Shown here: positions 47,101 to 57,226 of the stretch, piece after piece | Position numbering within the stretch: position 1 is the first letter of the stretch | Layout: each line of letters starts with the position of its first letter | NCBI GenBank assembly: GCA_963771275.1 | Contig: CAVYSW010000006.1 | Location: forward strand, 160,001-224,000 | Source of the DNA: an uncultured Gemmatimonadales bacterium | Lineage (GTDB): Bacteria > Gemmatimonadota > Gemmatimonadetes > Gemmatimonadales > GWC2-71-9 | Direction of reading: 5' to 3' | DNA: 64,000 nucleotides | Made by a program: the position numbers and the translations under genes | Notes under the pieces: model-generated | What the model saw: the letters and a program-made list of their open reading frames with translations, nothing else | What the model was told of the DNA's origin: nothing | Database searches by the model: none

Positions 47101-49685
47101 TGTTCGTGGACGTACCGAACGGGACGCAGTACTTCTACTTCAACCTCCAGGCGCTGGAGGGGGTGGCGGACACGGGGGTGGCCGGCGTCCAAGTGACGGC
47201 GCGCGCGCCGGGGTTCACGTCGGGGGCGGCGACCACCACCATCCGCCGGCCGGCGTTCGATCTCTATCCGCTTCCGTCCACCACCACGACGCTGTCCGAC
47301 AGCACGCCGTTCTTCGCGTACGTGGGCTACGGCTCCGGCGGCTACGTCAACGCCCAGCCCGTCCGGGCCGGCGGCCAACCGCTCACGGTCACGCTGGTCA
47401 ACGACTCGGCCAGCGTGGGCGACCTGGTGAAGAGCGGGGGGCAGCGCGGGGACACGCTGACCGTGCAGATCCCGGTGGGGTCGTCCCAGTCCCCGGGCAC
47501 GGTCGCCACCGGCGGGGTGGCCTACGATCCGGACAACGGCGGCGTCACGAGCATCGGCGGCAGCATCCCGGGCTTCGACCTGACGTCCTACTACAACCGC
47601 TCCGTGACCGTGACGGCTCCCAACATCACGCTCTACGCGAACACGCTGGGCGCGGGGCTGCAGTTCCCGTCGAACACGTATGGCTATCTCGCCGCGGCGA
47701 ATCACGGCGGCGTGCGGGTCTGGATCAAGAGCGCCGACCCGAGCATGCTGCTCGTGGCGCCGGACCAGAGCACCGTGGGCGGCGACTCGATGTTCGTGGA
47801 CGTGCCGAACGGGACGCAGTACTTCTACTTCAACCTCCAGGCGCTGGAGGGGGTGGCGGACACGGGGGTGGCCGGCGTCCAAGTGACGGCGCGCGCCCCG
47901 GGGTTCACGTCGGGGGCGGCGACCACCACCATCCGCCGGCCGGCGTTCGATCTCTATCCGCTTCCGTCCACCACCACGACGCTGTCCGACAGCACGCCGT
48001 TCTTCGCGTACGTGGGCTACGGCTCCGGCGGCTACGTCAACGCCCAGCCCGTCCGGGCCGGCGGCCAACCGCTCACGGTCACGCTGGTCAACGACTCGGC
48101 CAGCGTGGGCGACCTGGTGAAGAGCGGGGGGCAGCGCGGGGACACGCTGACCGTGCAGATCCCGGTGGGGTCGTCCCAGTCCCCGGGCACGGTCGCCACC
48201 GGCGGGGTGGCCTACGATCCGGACAACGGCGGCGTCACGAGCATCGGCGGCAGCATCCCGGGCTTCGACCTGACGTCCTACTACAACCGCTCCGTGACCG
48301 TGACGGCTCCCAACATCACGCTCTACGCGAACACGCTGGGCGCGGGGCTGCAGTTCCCGTCGAACACGTATGGCTATCTCGCCGCGGCGAATCACGGCGG
48401 CGTGCGGGTCTGGATCAAGAGCGCCGACCCGAGCATGCTGCTCGTGGCGCCGGACCAGAGCACCGTGGGCGGCGACTCGATGTTCGTGGACGTGCCGAAC
48501 GGGACGCAGTACTTCTACTTCAACCTCCAGGCGCTGGAGGGGGTGGCGGACACGGGGGTGGCCGGCGTCCCGGTGACGGCGCGCGCGCCGGGGTTCACGT
48601 CGGGGGCGGCGACCACCACCATCCGCCGGCCGGCGTTCGATCTCTATCCGATTCCGTCCACCACCACGACGCTGTCCGACAGCACGCCGTTCTTCGCGTA
48701 CGTGGGCTACGGCTCCGGCGGCTACGTCAACGCCCAGCCCGTCCGGGCCGGCGGCCAACCGCTCACGGTCACGCTGACGCACAGCACCCGTGGCGTCGGC
48801 CGGCTGATCACCACCGCGGGTACGGGTGACACGGTAACCGTCCAGATCCCGACCGGCAGCTCTCAGTCACCGTACGGAGTGACGGCCGGCGGCGTGGCGT
48901 TCGATCCACTGACCGCAGGGACGACCACCATTGCCGGGAGCATTCCGGGCTTCGACCTGACGTCCTACTACAACCGCTCGGTGACCGTGACAGCCCCCGG
49001 CATCAGCGTCTATGAATGGACGGTGGGCAGCGGGCTCCAACGGAGCGCGTACGGCTATCTCGGAGCGGCGAATCACGGCGGCGTCAACGTCATCGTGAAG
49101 AGCAGCGCGCCGTCGGTCGCGCGCGTGGCACCGAACGACACCACGCCGGGGACCGACTCGATCGTGATCTTCGTCCCCAATGGCCAGACCTCGATTGACT
49201 ACTACGTGCAGGGCGTGGAGGGCCAGACCGGGACGGTGACGACCACGGCCCGGGCTTCCGGCTTCACGGATGGCACCGCACCGCTCAACGTGGTCCAGCC
49301 CGCGGTCGGCTTCTACGGCCTGCCCGGGTCCGTGAGCCTCGGCCAGCCACCCGACAGCGTGGCGTTCTACACCGAGCTTGGCATTCCGTACGCCAGCAAC
49401 CAGTACCTCCTGGAGGGGCAGGCGGTGCGGGCGGGCGGGACGGCCGTCACGGTGGCGCTCAGCAGCGGCGCCGCGGCGGTCGGCGAGCTCGTCACGGCCA
49501 CGCAGCGGGGTGCCGGCGTCACGGTCCAGATCCAGCCCGGCCAGTACTACTCACCCACGACGGTGGCGGCGGGCGGGGTCGCGTTCAAGAAGTTGAGCCA
49601 GGGCTCGACCGTCGTCACGGCCGCCATTCCGGGCTTCATTACGCTGACGCTCGAAGGGATTCGTACCGTCATTGTGAATCCCTGA
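44168..49685 (+). CDS. Giant Ig-like repeat surface lipoprotein (~1,840 aa when one +1 frameshift near 46327 is corrected)
   Basis: Lipobox LLLSC and invasin-like repeats (SGNNQS..G....P.V.V.D..GNPV..V.VTF..WTLG). At the break, GGC GCG (G) CTC CCC GTC CTC GTG ACC joins ORF 43262 to ORF 46341 as GYAAGALPVLVTVQ. Confidence 0.85.
46935..49001 (+). repeat. Intragenic 690-bp (230-aa) tandem repeat: units start at 46935, 47625 and 48315; a diverged fourth unit starts near 49002
   Basis: atcacgctctacgcgaacacgctgggc recurs exactly 690 bp apart. Unit 3 diverges after about 48778. Confidence 0.97.
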
Positions 49686-49741
49686 GATTCCGGATTCCTC
49701 TTGACTCGGGCGCCGGAAACCGCCAGATTCGCGGGCGATAG

Positions 49742-49770
49742 GGCCCCGGCCGCGAGGCGGGGCCGCTTTC
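49742..49770 (+). terminator. Possible terminator hairpin with GCGA tetraloop
   Basis: ggccccg-gcc-gcga-ggc-ggggcc followed by gctttc, downstream of the giant lipoprotein gene. Confidence 0.4.
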
Positions 49771-49880
49771 GTACCCCCCGTCACCCGAGACGGCTACATC
49801 CAGAGTCTGGTTACCACGGCGCGGATCTCCCAGTCGACCCGCGCCATGTCAGTCTCATTATTCCACAGCGGGAGGAGTAC

Positions 49881-50660
49881 ATGCAGATGCTTCGGAAACT
49901 GAGTACGGTTGTACTGGTCGCCGCGGTCGCGGCGTGCGGCGACAGCACCGGCCCCAACGGGACCACACTGACCGCACAGGAGAAGCAGACGCTCGTCACC
50001 GCCCTCAGCTCGACGGAGTTCGGCGGGCTGGCGGCGATCGTGGTCCAGCAGGTGGGTGAGGTCGGCTCGCTCAGCGCCGTCGCGGCCAATGCCGCCCGGA
50101 GCGAGGCGTTTGACAAGGCCATCCGCATGGCCGTGTCGCGGTCCGCGGCCACGGCGTACGAAGGCGCGGTGGGAATCGCCATCGAGTTCACGGAGACGGT
50201 CACGGGCCAGAGCCCCACGAGCGGCTGGTTCTACGGCGTGGTGGGCTGGAACGGGATCAACACGTCCACCAACACGATCGACGAGCTGGTGCTCGTGGGC
50301 GGCTTCGGCGACGTGGCAGGCCTTCCCACGTCGGTGTCGGGCACGGTCGAGAGCGGCGACGTCTTCGCGCTGTACGACGCCGCCGGGACGACCTACACCG
50401 GCACGACCGGTACGGCGGCGGTCACCGGGTCGAGCTTCACCGGCTCGGGCACGGACTGCTCGGCGAGCGGGTCGGGCTTCACGTACGACTGCAACGTCAT
50501 CGTGGGCTCGTTGAACGCGAACTTCGCGTTCGACGCGATCAACACCAGCGAGCAGACCTACGCGCAGGCGGCGGTGGAGGGCACGAGCCTCCCGGCGATC
50601 AAGATGACCCTGGATATCACGTACACCGCGCCGGCAGCCGCGCGCATGCACGTGCGATAA
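49881..50660 (+). CDS. Hypothetical Thr/Gly/Ser-rich lipoprotein
   Basis: Strong RBS GGGAGGAG before the ATG, lipobox VAAC followed by GDSTGP, beta-rich C-terminal half with a Cys pair. Confidence 0.85.
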   Translation: MQMLRKLSTVVLVAAVAACGDSTGPNGTTLTAQEKQTLVTALSSTEFGGLAAIVVQQVGEVGSLSAVAANAARSEAFDKAIRMAVSRSAATAYEGAVGIAIEFTETVTGQSPTSGWFYGVVGWNGINTSTNTIDELVLVGGFGDVAGLPTSVSGTVESGDVFALYDAAGTTYTGTTGTAAVTGSSFTGSGTDCSASGSGFTYDCNVIVGSLNANFAFDAINTSEQTYAQAAVEGTSLPAIKMTLDITYTAPAAARMHVR

Positions 50661-50680
50661 CGCTTTCCGCCGGATGCACG

Positions 50681-50715
50681 AGCGCCGCGGGCTCACACCC
50701 GCGGCGCTTTGCTTT
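50681..50715 (+). terminator. Rho-independent terminator
   Basis: agcgccgcggg-ctcaca-cccgcggcgct followed by ttgcttt. Confidence 0.75.
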
Positions 50716-50774
50716 GCTCCCCCCTGCCCCTCTCCCCGCCGCCCCCCTCGCCCCAGCGGTCTGGACCGGCGGTC

Positions 50775-52055
50775 TCACACCGCTTCCAGTGCCTGCTCGA
50801 GATCCGCGATAGTGTCCTCGAAGTGCTCGATGCCGACCGAAATGCGCACCAGACCCGGCGTGATTCCCATCCGCGCCTGGTCCTCGGGCGGGATGTCCGA
50901 ATGCGTCATGCTCGCCGGGTGCTCGGCCAGGGACTCCGTCCCGCCGAGGCTCACGGCCAGCCGCACCAGCTTGAGCGCGTTCAGGAAGCGGAACGCCGCG
51001 GCTTCGCCCCCGTCTACCTCGAAGGCGATGAGCGAGCCGGGGCCGGCGCACTGCTTGCGGTATACTCCGTACTCCGGATGGTCCTCGCGCAGCAGCCCGA
51101 GGTAGTGTACCGCCCGCACCTTGGAATGCTCGGTCAGGAAGTCCGCCACGTAGCGGGCGTTCTTCATCTGGGCGGTCATGCGCATCTTGAGTGTCTCGAG
51201 GCTCCGCATCAGGAGCCAGCCGGTCCACGGCCCGGCCATCGTCCCGATGAACGTCCGCAGCGCCCGGATCGGTCCCATCGCGTCCGCGGTGCCCAGCGCC
51301 GCCCCGGCGATCACGTCGCTGTGCCCCCCGATGAACTTGGTCGCCGAGTAGAGCACGATGTCCGCGCCGTGCTTGAGGGGATGCTGCCACAGCGGCCCGA
51401 GGAACGTATTGTCCACCATGACCACGGGCTTCAGGCCCTCCCGCCCGAACGTGCGCGCGAACGCGACCGCGTCCTGGATGTCCACCATCGCGTTGGTCGG
51501 ATTGGCCGGCGTCTCCATGTACAGCACGGGCATGCGTCGTCCGCCGACTCGCTCGCGCACGCCCGCCGCGATCGCCGCGATCGGTTGCCCGGCCGGGAAC
51601 CCGACCGGCGTGATGGCAAACTGCGGGAGGATCGTGGTGAGGAAGTGCTCGGTGCCGCCGTACAGCGGCTCGCTGTGGACGACCACGTCGCCCGGGCGCA
51701 GGTACGCGAGCAGGCTCGTGGCGATGGCCGCCATCCCGCTCTCGAACACGGCGCAGGCCTCGGCACCGTCCCACAGGCCGAGCCGGTCTTCCAGGATCTC
51801 GAGGTCCGGGTTGTTGAGACGGGAGTAGATCAGTCCCGTCTCCTCGCCGGGTCCCTGCTCGCGCAGCCCGTAGGCCAGCTCGAAGAAGTGCTTGCCGGCC
51901 TCGGCGGTCGGGAAGACGAACGTGGATGTCTGGAAGATCGGGCACTTGAGCGCGCCTTCGGAGAGCATCGGATCGTACCCATACCCCATCATCAGGCTCT
52001 CGGGCCGCAGCGCGTGCTCGCCGATCGCATGTTCCTTGTACTTGGCCTTCGGCAT
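50775..52055 (-). CDS. Cys/Met metabolism PLP enzyme (cystathionine gamma-synthase / methionine gamma-lyase family)
   Basis: PIFQTSTF, YSRLNNP, SGMAAI, ETPANPT, VDNTF, SATKFIGGHSD and VSLGGTESL motifs. RBS GGAGG. Confidence 0.93.
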   Translation of the reverse strand: MPKAKYKEHAIGEHALRPESLMMGYGYDPMLSEGALKCPIFQTSTFVFPTAEAGKHFFELAYGLREQGPGEETGLIYSRLNNPDLEILEDRLGLWDGAEACAVFESGMAAIATSLLAYLRPGDVVVHSEPLYGGTEHFLTTILPQFAITPVGFPAGQPIAAIAAGVRERVGGRRMPVLYMETPANPTNAMVDIQDAVAFARTFGREGLKPVVMVDNTFLGPLWQHPLKHGADIVLYSATKFIGGHSDVIAGAALGTADAMGPIRALRTFIGTMAGPWTGWLLMRSLETLKMRMTAQMKNARYVADFLTEHSKVRAVHYLGLLREDHPEYGVYRKQCAGPGSLIAFEVDGGEAAAFRFLNALKLVRLAVSLGGTESLAEHPASMTHSDIPPEDQARMGITPGLVRISVGIEHFEDTIADLEQALEAV

Positions 52056-52212
52056 GGAGTCCTCCGGTCGGTGTGGCAGCGTGAGTCTGCGCCCGCGGGC
52101 GAGGAGAATCAAGGCACGCCCGCGAAGCTGAAGAAGCCTTCACGGTGCAGCAACGCCATCGTATCTTCCCCTTGCCCCCTTGCGCTGTCACCCGCGCTTT
52201 CCCGGAGTCCGC

Positions 52213-52635
52213 ATGCCCGCCGTCACCGTCCCCTGTCAGTTCTGCGGCACCCTCAACAAGGTCATTGCCGAGAAGATCGATCAGGGCCCGAAATGCGCGG
52301 AATGCGGCAGGCCGTTTCTGCTGGACCGGCCGATCAAGGTCGACGAGGCCCAATTCGACGCAACGGTGCTGAAAGCGGAGATCCCCGTGCTGGTGGACTT
52401 CTATGCCGACTGGTGCGGCCCCTGCCGCACGATGGCGCCGGCCCTCGACGAGATCGCCCAGGAAAAGGCGGGGAAGCTGCTGGTCGTCAAGATCGACACG
52501 GATCGCAGCCCGGGCGTGAGCGCCCGCTACGGCATTCGCTCGATCCCGTTCTTCGGTCGGTTCGAGCACGGCGCGCTGGTGAAGACCGTGGTGGGCGCCG
52601 TCGGGAAGGCGGGACTGGCGGACCTGGCGGCCTGA
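52213..52635 (+). CDS. trxC: Thioredoxin 2 with N-terminal zinc finger
   Basis: CQFC...CAEC zinc finger, WCGPC active site and IRSIP. Confidence 0.9.
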   Translation: MPAVTVPCQFCGTLNKVIAEKIDQGPKCAECGRPFLLDRPIKVDEAQFDATVLKAEIPVLVDFYADWCGPCRTMAPALDEIAQEKAGKLLVVKIDTDRSPGVSARYGIRSIPFFGRFEHGALVKTVVGAVGKAGLADLAA

Positions 52636-52645
52636 GGATCAGATA

Positions 52646-52704
52646 GGAGGGGGAGAGGGGCAGAGATGAGCTTCCCTCTGCCCCTCTGCCCCTCTCATCT
52701 TCCT
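52646..52704. repeat. Inverted octamer array (GAGGGGCA / TGCCCCTC)
   Basis: ggagggggagaggggcagagatgag...ccctctgcccctctgcccctctcatcttcct, between convergent genes. Confidence 0.75.
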
Positions 52705-52708
52705 GGCC

Positions 52709-54007
52709 CTAGGCAGGCAGTCCCTGGTTGACCACTTCCGCCATCGCCGCCGTGAACTGATCGACCTCCCCCACCATCGTGTACACGTTCGGGGTGACCC
52801 GGATGCCGGTGCACGCCGGATGGCCGATCGGGGTGACGATGATCCGCCTGGTGTTCCAGAGATGTGCGGTGAGCTTGCCCGGATCGACGCCCTCGATGCC
52901 GACGTTGGCGACCCCGGACTGCGTGACGTCGAAGCTCGAGTGCAGCTGCACCCGGGACAGCTTCGCCAGCGGGCGCATCCACCGCTCGCGGAGATAGCGC
53001 AGCCGCGCGGCCTTCCGCTCGACGCCGATCGCCCGGTGAAACGCCAGGGCCTCGGCAATCGCGTTGTGCGTCGCGGCCGGGTGCGTCCCGATTTCCTCGA
53101 ACTTCCGGATGTTCTCGTCCATGGAGGGCGGCGCCGCCATCAGGGGCCACACCTCCTTGATCAGCTCGCGACGCGCGAACAGGAACCCCGTGCCGATCGG
53201 CGCGAGCAGCCACTTGTGGAGCGACGTGCCGTAGTAATCGCACTCGAGGTCGGCATGCGTGAACGGGAACTGGGCGAAGGCATGCGCGCCGTCGACGATG
53301 GTGCGGATGCCGCGGGCGCGCGCCATGCGGCAGATGTCGCGCACCGGGAAGATCTGCCCCGTGATGTTCACCACGTGGCAGAAGTGGATCACCCGGGTGC
53401 GCGGCCCCACGGCGTTGGCGAACAGATCCACCAGCGCCCGCGGGCTCGGCGGCGGCGTCTGGAACGGCAGCTGGCGGACCACGATGCCCTCCCGGCGCGC
53501 CCGCTGCTCCCACGTCGTGAGCATCCGGCCGTAGTCCTGGTCCGTCGTGAGGACCTCATCACCGCGCTCCAGCGGGAGACCGAGCTGGACGTTCTCGAGC
53601 GACTCGCTGGCGTTGCGCGTGATGGCGAGCTCCTCCGGATCGCAGCCGAACTCGGTCGCGAGCTGCCGGCGCACGCTCTCGACCTCCGGCTCGAGCAGCC
53701 GCCACATGTGGTACACCGGCGCCTGGTTCGACAGCTCGAGGTAGCGCCGCATCGCATCGAGCACCACGCGCGGGCTGGGGCTTACTCCACCGTTGTTCAG
53801 GTTGATCAGGGTGCGGTCCAGCGTGAACGCCTGCTGGATCTGGATCCAGAAGTCCTCGTCGGCCGCCACGTCCTGGGCGGAGCGGTGCGCGACGGGGGCG
53901 ACGGCCGCGAGCACCCGCTCGACGCCGTCGTTCCGGAGGGAAGGAACCAGTGCCGCACTGCCACCCGCGGCCATGAGCGATCGAACGAAATCACGTCGGC
54001 TGGTCAT
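52709..54007 (-). CDS. Tat-exported class V PLP aminotransferase (isopenicillin N epimerase / cysteine desulfurase-like)
   Basis: Tat motif SRRDFV, LNNGGVSP, VDGAHA and TSLHKWL (PLP lysine). Confidence 0.88.
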   Translation of the reverse strand: MTSRRDFVRSLMAAGGSAALVPSLRNDGVERVLAAVAPVAHRSAQDVAADEDFWIQIQQAFTLDRTLINLNNGGVSPSPRVVLDAMRRYLELSNQAPVYHMWRLLEPEVESVRRQLATEFGCDPEELAITRNASESLENVQLGLPLERGDEVLTTDQDYGRMLTTWEQRARREGIVVRQLPFQTPPPSPRALVDLFANAVGPRTRVIHFCHVVNITGQIFPVRDICRMARARGIRTIVDGAHAFAQFPFTHADLECDYYGTSLHKWLLAPIGTGFLFARRELIKEVWPLMAAPPSMDENIRKFEEIGTHPAATHNAIAEALAFHRAIGVERKAARLRYLRERWMRPLAKLSRVQLHSSFDVTQSGVANVGIEGVDPGKLTAHLWNTRRIIVTPIGHPACTGIRVTPNVYTMVGEVDQFTAAMAEVVNQGLPA

Positions 54008-54039
54008 GCGCAGCACGCCCTGGGGAAGAGGACGAGGCG

Positions 54040-54068
54040 AGATTGGAGTGGCGGCGGGGGGTTGTCAA
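54040..54068 (-). promoter_or_regulatory. Sigma70-type promoter
   Basis: Minus strand TTGACA - 17 nt - CAATCT, about 30 nt upstream of the aminotransferase start. Confidence 0.55.
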
Positions 54069-54152
54069 TAAGGCGCGGCGTGTTCCGGCGTGGAGTGGGG
54101 CTCCCGCGTTCTCAGGGGTCAGTCTCCCCGGCAAGTGCCCGAACGCGTTTCG

Positions 54153-54278
54153 ACCGCTGAGTACGCAGAGACCGCAGAGACTATGGTGCATACAGCGTCT
54201 GTCACCCGGTAGGCAACAACGAGTACCAGAGACGCGTCCGCGGTCGGTGCGGCGGGCATCTCTGCGATCTCTGCGGTG
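54153..54278. repeat. Palindromic ACCGCAGAG-family element, copy 3
   Basis: accgctgagtacgcagagaccgcagaga ... tctctgcgatctctgcggtg. Confidence 0.8.
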
Positions 54279-54292
54279 CTTCACCCTCGCAG

Positions 54293-54964
54293 CTACGCGC
54301 GCGAGGACGGACCCGACTTGCCGCGGCGCCACCCGAGAATCGCACCGCCCACGAGCGCGATCACGGCGAACGAAAACCACTGGACGGCGTACGACAGGTG
54401 CGGTCCCTCGTCGAGCGCCGGGAGCTCCGGGATGGCCAGGCCGGCCGGCAGAGAGTCGGGTGCGGCCGTGCGGCGCAGCACCAGCGAGAAGAGCCGATAT
54501 CCCAGCCGCAGCGTGTCCGGCCGGATGGCGCGCCGTCCGGCGGGGACCACGAGGACGCCCTCGACGACCGTGCTCTCGGCCTCCGCCAGCGCCGCCTGAT
54601 CGACGGACCGGGCATCCGCCGCGAACGCCCAGCCACGATCGACCAGGATCGCGCTTCCGTCGGCGCGGCGGAGTGGGGTGAGCAGGTGGACGCCGGGAGC
54701 GCCGCGATACGATTTCTCCCCGTCGATGAGCTCCCGGCTGAAATCGAACGCGCCGCCGGCGCGGACCCGCCGGTACTGCAGCGAGTCGAGCCGCACGCCG
54801 GCCGTCATCGCCTCGCTCGTGAGATCGAGCGGGGGCTCCGCCATGCGCTGCGCCAGCAGCGCGTTGTGGGCCCGGCGCTGGTGCAGTCGGTCGAGCTGCC
54901 ACACCCCAAGCCGCGCGAACAGGATCGCCAGCAGCACGCCGAGGATCGGGCCGATGGCGCGCAC
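54293..54964 (-). CDS. SURF1 family cytochrome oxidase assembly protein
   Basis: LGVWQLDR, LLTPL, LVDRGW and HLSYAVQWF motifs. Confidence 0.92.
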   Translation of the reverse strand: MRAIGPILGVLLAILFARLGVWQLDRLHQRRAHNALLAQRMAEPPLDLTSEAMTAGVRLDSLQYRRVRAGGAFDFSRELIDGEKSYRGAPGVHLLTPLRRADGSAILVDRGWAFAADARSVDQAALAEAESTVVEGVLVVPAGRRAIRPDTLRLGYRLFSLVLRRTAAPDSLPAGLAIPELPALDEGPHLSYAVQWFSFAVIALVGGAILGWRRGKSGPSSRA

Positions 54965-54986
54965 TAGCCAGGGAGCTCGCGCGTGC

Positions 54987-55664
54987 TCACCCGTCGGTCT
55001 TCCCCACGATCACCGTGGGGTGCATCCCCAGGAACAGACCCGTCTCCACGACCCCAGGGCGCGCCCGCAGGACCCGCGCGACCGTCGCGGGACTCGAGAT
55101 CCCGTCGACGAAGCGGCACTCGATGAGCAGGTGACCCTCGTCCGTCCGGTACGGCAGCCCATCGGGACCCCGGCGGATGATGGGGTCGGCGCCGAGCGCC
55201 CGCAGGGCGCCGAGCTGGCTGCCGGCACCGAAGGCCACGACCTCGACCGGGAGCGGCGACCGCGTACCGAGGCGGGGCACGAGCTTGGTCTCATCCACAA
55301 CAATGACGAGCCGGCGCGACGCACTCGCCACGATCTTCTCCCGCAACAGGGCACCGCCCATCCCCTTGATGAGCTCGCCGTCGGGATCGACCTCGTCCGC
55401 GCCGTCGATCGTGAGGTCCACGACCGGGTGGTCCTCCAGCGTCCCGAGCGGGACGCCGAGCAGCACCGCCTGCTGGTGGGTGGCGTTGGAGGTGGGGATC
55501 CCCACGATGTCGCGCAGCTCACCGGCGCCGAGCCGCCGGGCCAGCTCCTCGAGCGCCAGCGCCGCCGTCGAGCCCGACCCGAGCCCGACGACCATGCCGG
55601 ATTCGATGAGCGAGACCGCCTCGTTGGCCGCCTGGCGTTTCGCCGCCCGCGCCGGATCGCTCAC
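54987..55664 (-). CDS. rpiA: Ribose-5-phosphate isomerase A
   Basis: GLGSGST, DGADEVD, KGMGGALLREK and GVVETGLF motifs. Confidence 0.96.
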   Translation of the reverse strand: MSDPARAAKRQAANEAVSLIESGMVVGLGSGSTAALALEELARRLGAGELRDIVGIPTSNATHQQAVLLGVPLGTLEDHPVVDLTIDGADEVDPDGELIKGMGGALLREKIVASASRRLVIVVDETKLVPRLGTRSPLPVEVVAFGAGSQLGALRALGADPIIRRGPDGLPYRTDEGHLLIECRFVDGISSPATVARVLRARPGVVETGLFLGMHPTVIVGKTDG

Positions 55665-57226
55665 GCCCCCACCTCCTGCCGCAGTCTGTCCCACTCATCC
55701 ACGCGAAGCGTCGGTCGCCCGCGGGCCCGCAACGCCTCCCGGTCACCGTCCGCCTGCGCGGCGATCAGTCGCCCGAAGTCGTACGACGCGCCCGGGATCG
55801 CGGTTTCCACTTCGGGGCGATCCACCACCTGCAGGAAGTGACCCCGTGGCGGCCCACCCTTGTGGTACTGGCCGGTGGAATGGAGAAACCGCGGCCCATA
55901 CCCCGCCGTGACCGCGACGTGCAACCGCCGTTCCAGGGCCCGGCGCAGCTCGGCGAGCTGCGCGTCCGCGGCGGGCGAGGGTGGAAGATAGGCCATGATC
56001 GCCACATAGTCGCCCGCCCGCACGCCGCGAAGCCACCGGCCGATCGCCGCCGTGTCGTCGGGGGCGGCGGCTGGCGTGCCCGCACCGAGCACCCGGTTCG
56101 TGTTGGCCTTACTCTCCGCCACGTTGGGCTGATCGAACGGGTTCACCTGCAACACGGCCCCCGCGACGGCCGTCGCGAATTCCCACCGCAGGAATTCCCC
56201 GCCGATGCCGTACGCCGACGGCAGGACGGCGGCATCGACCGGCGCACCCGCGGCCGTCGCCCGCCCGCGCAGGGCCGCCAGCGCGGGATCGGGTTCGCCT
56301 CCAAGCGTGCGGGTCACGAACACCCGGTCGGGCTCCGCTCCGGAGAGATCCGGCGCGCGCTCACCAACCACGGGCAGCACGCCGCGGCCCGCCTTGCCGG
56401 TGCTCTCGGCCACCAGCTGCTCGACCCAGAGACCGAGCGCGGCCAGCGACCTGTCCGTCAGGAGCGTGCACTTGTCACGGCCCGCCAGCGCCCCTTCCGC
56501 CATCAGGACACCAAGGGCGATTCCCGGGTTCTCCGCGCCGGGAGCGTGCAGGGCCGCCTCCGCCTCCCGCGCGCCCGCCAGCACGCGCTCGATGTCGAGC
56601 CCGATCAGCGCCGCCGGAACGAGCCCAAACAGCGAGAGCGCGGAGAACCGGCCACCGAGGTCCGGCGGGTTCAGGAAGACGTGGCGAAACCCCCGCGCGA
56701 CCGCACCCTTGGCGAGCACGGTCTCGGGATCGGTGATCGCCACGAACTGCTCGCCCCGCCCGCCGGCCAACTCCCAGAAGTAGCGGTCGAAGCTCGCCGT
56801 CTCGAGGGTCGTGCCCGACTTCGAAGCGATGAGGAACAGCGTCGTGTCCAGCGTTCCAGGGGGGACCGCCCCGCGCACCGCTGCGGGGTGCGTGCTGTCG
56901 AGCAGGTGGAGCTCCGGGTAGCCCTCCCGTCGTCCGAACGTCCGCCCCAGCACCTCGGGAGCGAGGCTCGAGCCGCCCATGCCGCACAACACCACCCGCG
57001 CAAAGCGTCGCCGCGCCGTCTCCGCGAACTCCGTCACGACCGTCACGTGCCGCTGCATCGTGCGCGGCAGCTCGAGCCACCCCAGCCGATCGGCCAGCTC
57101 CGGCGTGGCCGGATCGGGCGACCACACGGATACGTCGCGGCGCCAGATGCGCGGCGCGACGTTCTCGCCCGCCAGCCGTGCGATGCGGCGCTGCACGCGC
57201 TCGCCGGGCTGTCCCGCGCCCATCAT
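55661..57226 (-). CDS. pgi: Glucose-6-phosphate isomerase (type resembling the Pgi half of Tal-Pgi fusions)
   Basis: [49 protein letters not shown] and [15 protein letters not shown] motifs. Confidence 0.9.
   Translation of the reverse strand: MMGAGQPGERVQRRIARLAGENVAPRIWRRDVSVWSPDPATPELADRLGWLELPRTMQRHVTVVTEFAETARRRFARVVLCGMGGSSLAPEVLGRTFGRREGYPELHLLDSTHPAAVRGAVPPGTLDTTLFLIASKSGTTLETASFDRYFWELAGGRGEQFVAITDPETVLAKGAVARGFRHVFLNPPDLGGRFSALSLFGLVPAALIGLDIERVLAGAREAEAALHAPGAENPGIALGVLMAEGALAGRDKCTLLTDRSLAALGLWVEQLVAESTGKAGRGVLPVVGERAPDLSGAEPDRVFVTRTLGGEPDPALAALRGRATAAGAPVDAAVLPSAYGIGGEFLRWEFATAVAGAVLQVNPFDQPNVAESKANTNRVLGAGTPAAAPDDTAAIGRWLRGVRAGDYVAIMAYLPPSPAADAQLAELRRALERRLHVAVTAGYGPRFLHSTGQYHKGGPPRGHFLQVVDRPEVETAIPGASYDFGRLIAAQADGDREALRARGRPTLRVDEWDRLRQEVGA

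Noticed and set aside
46935..49001. Long direct repeats as a CRISPR array, DGR template/variable repeat pair or IS copies
   Set aside because: They are in-frame 690-bp coding repeats with no spacers. The few differences are mostly synonymous, and no reverse transcriptase, cas gene or transposase is present.
52056..52212. SAM riboswitch upstream of the Cys/Met PLP enzyme
   Set aside because: No SAM-I/II consensus elements recognised; the region looks like a divergent promoter.
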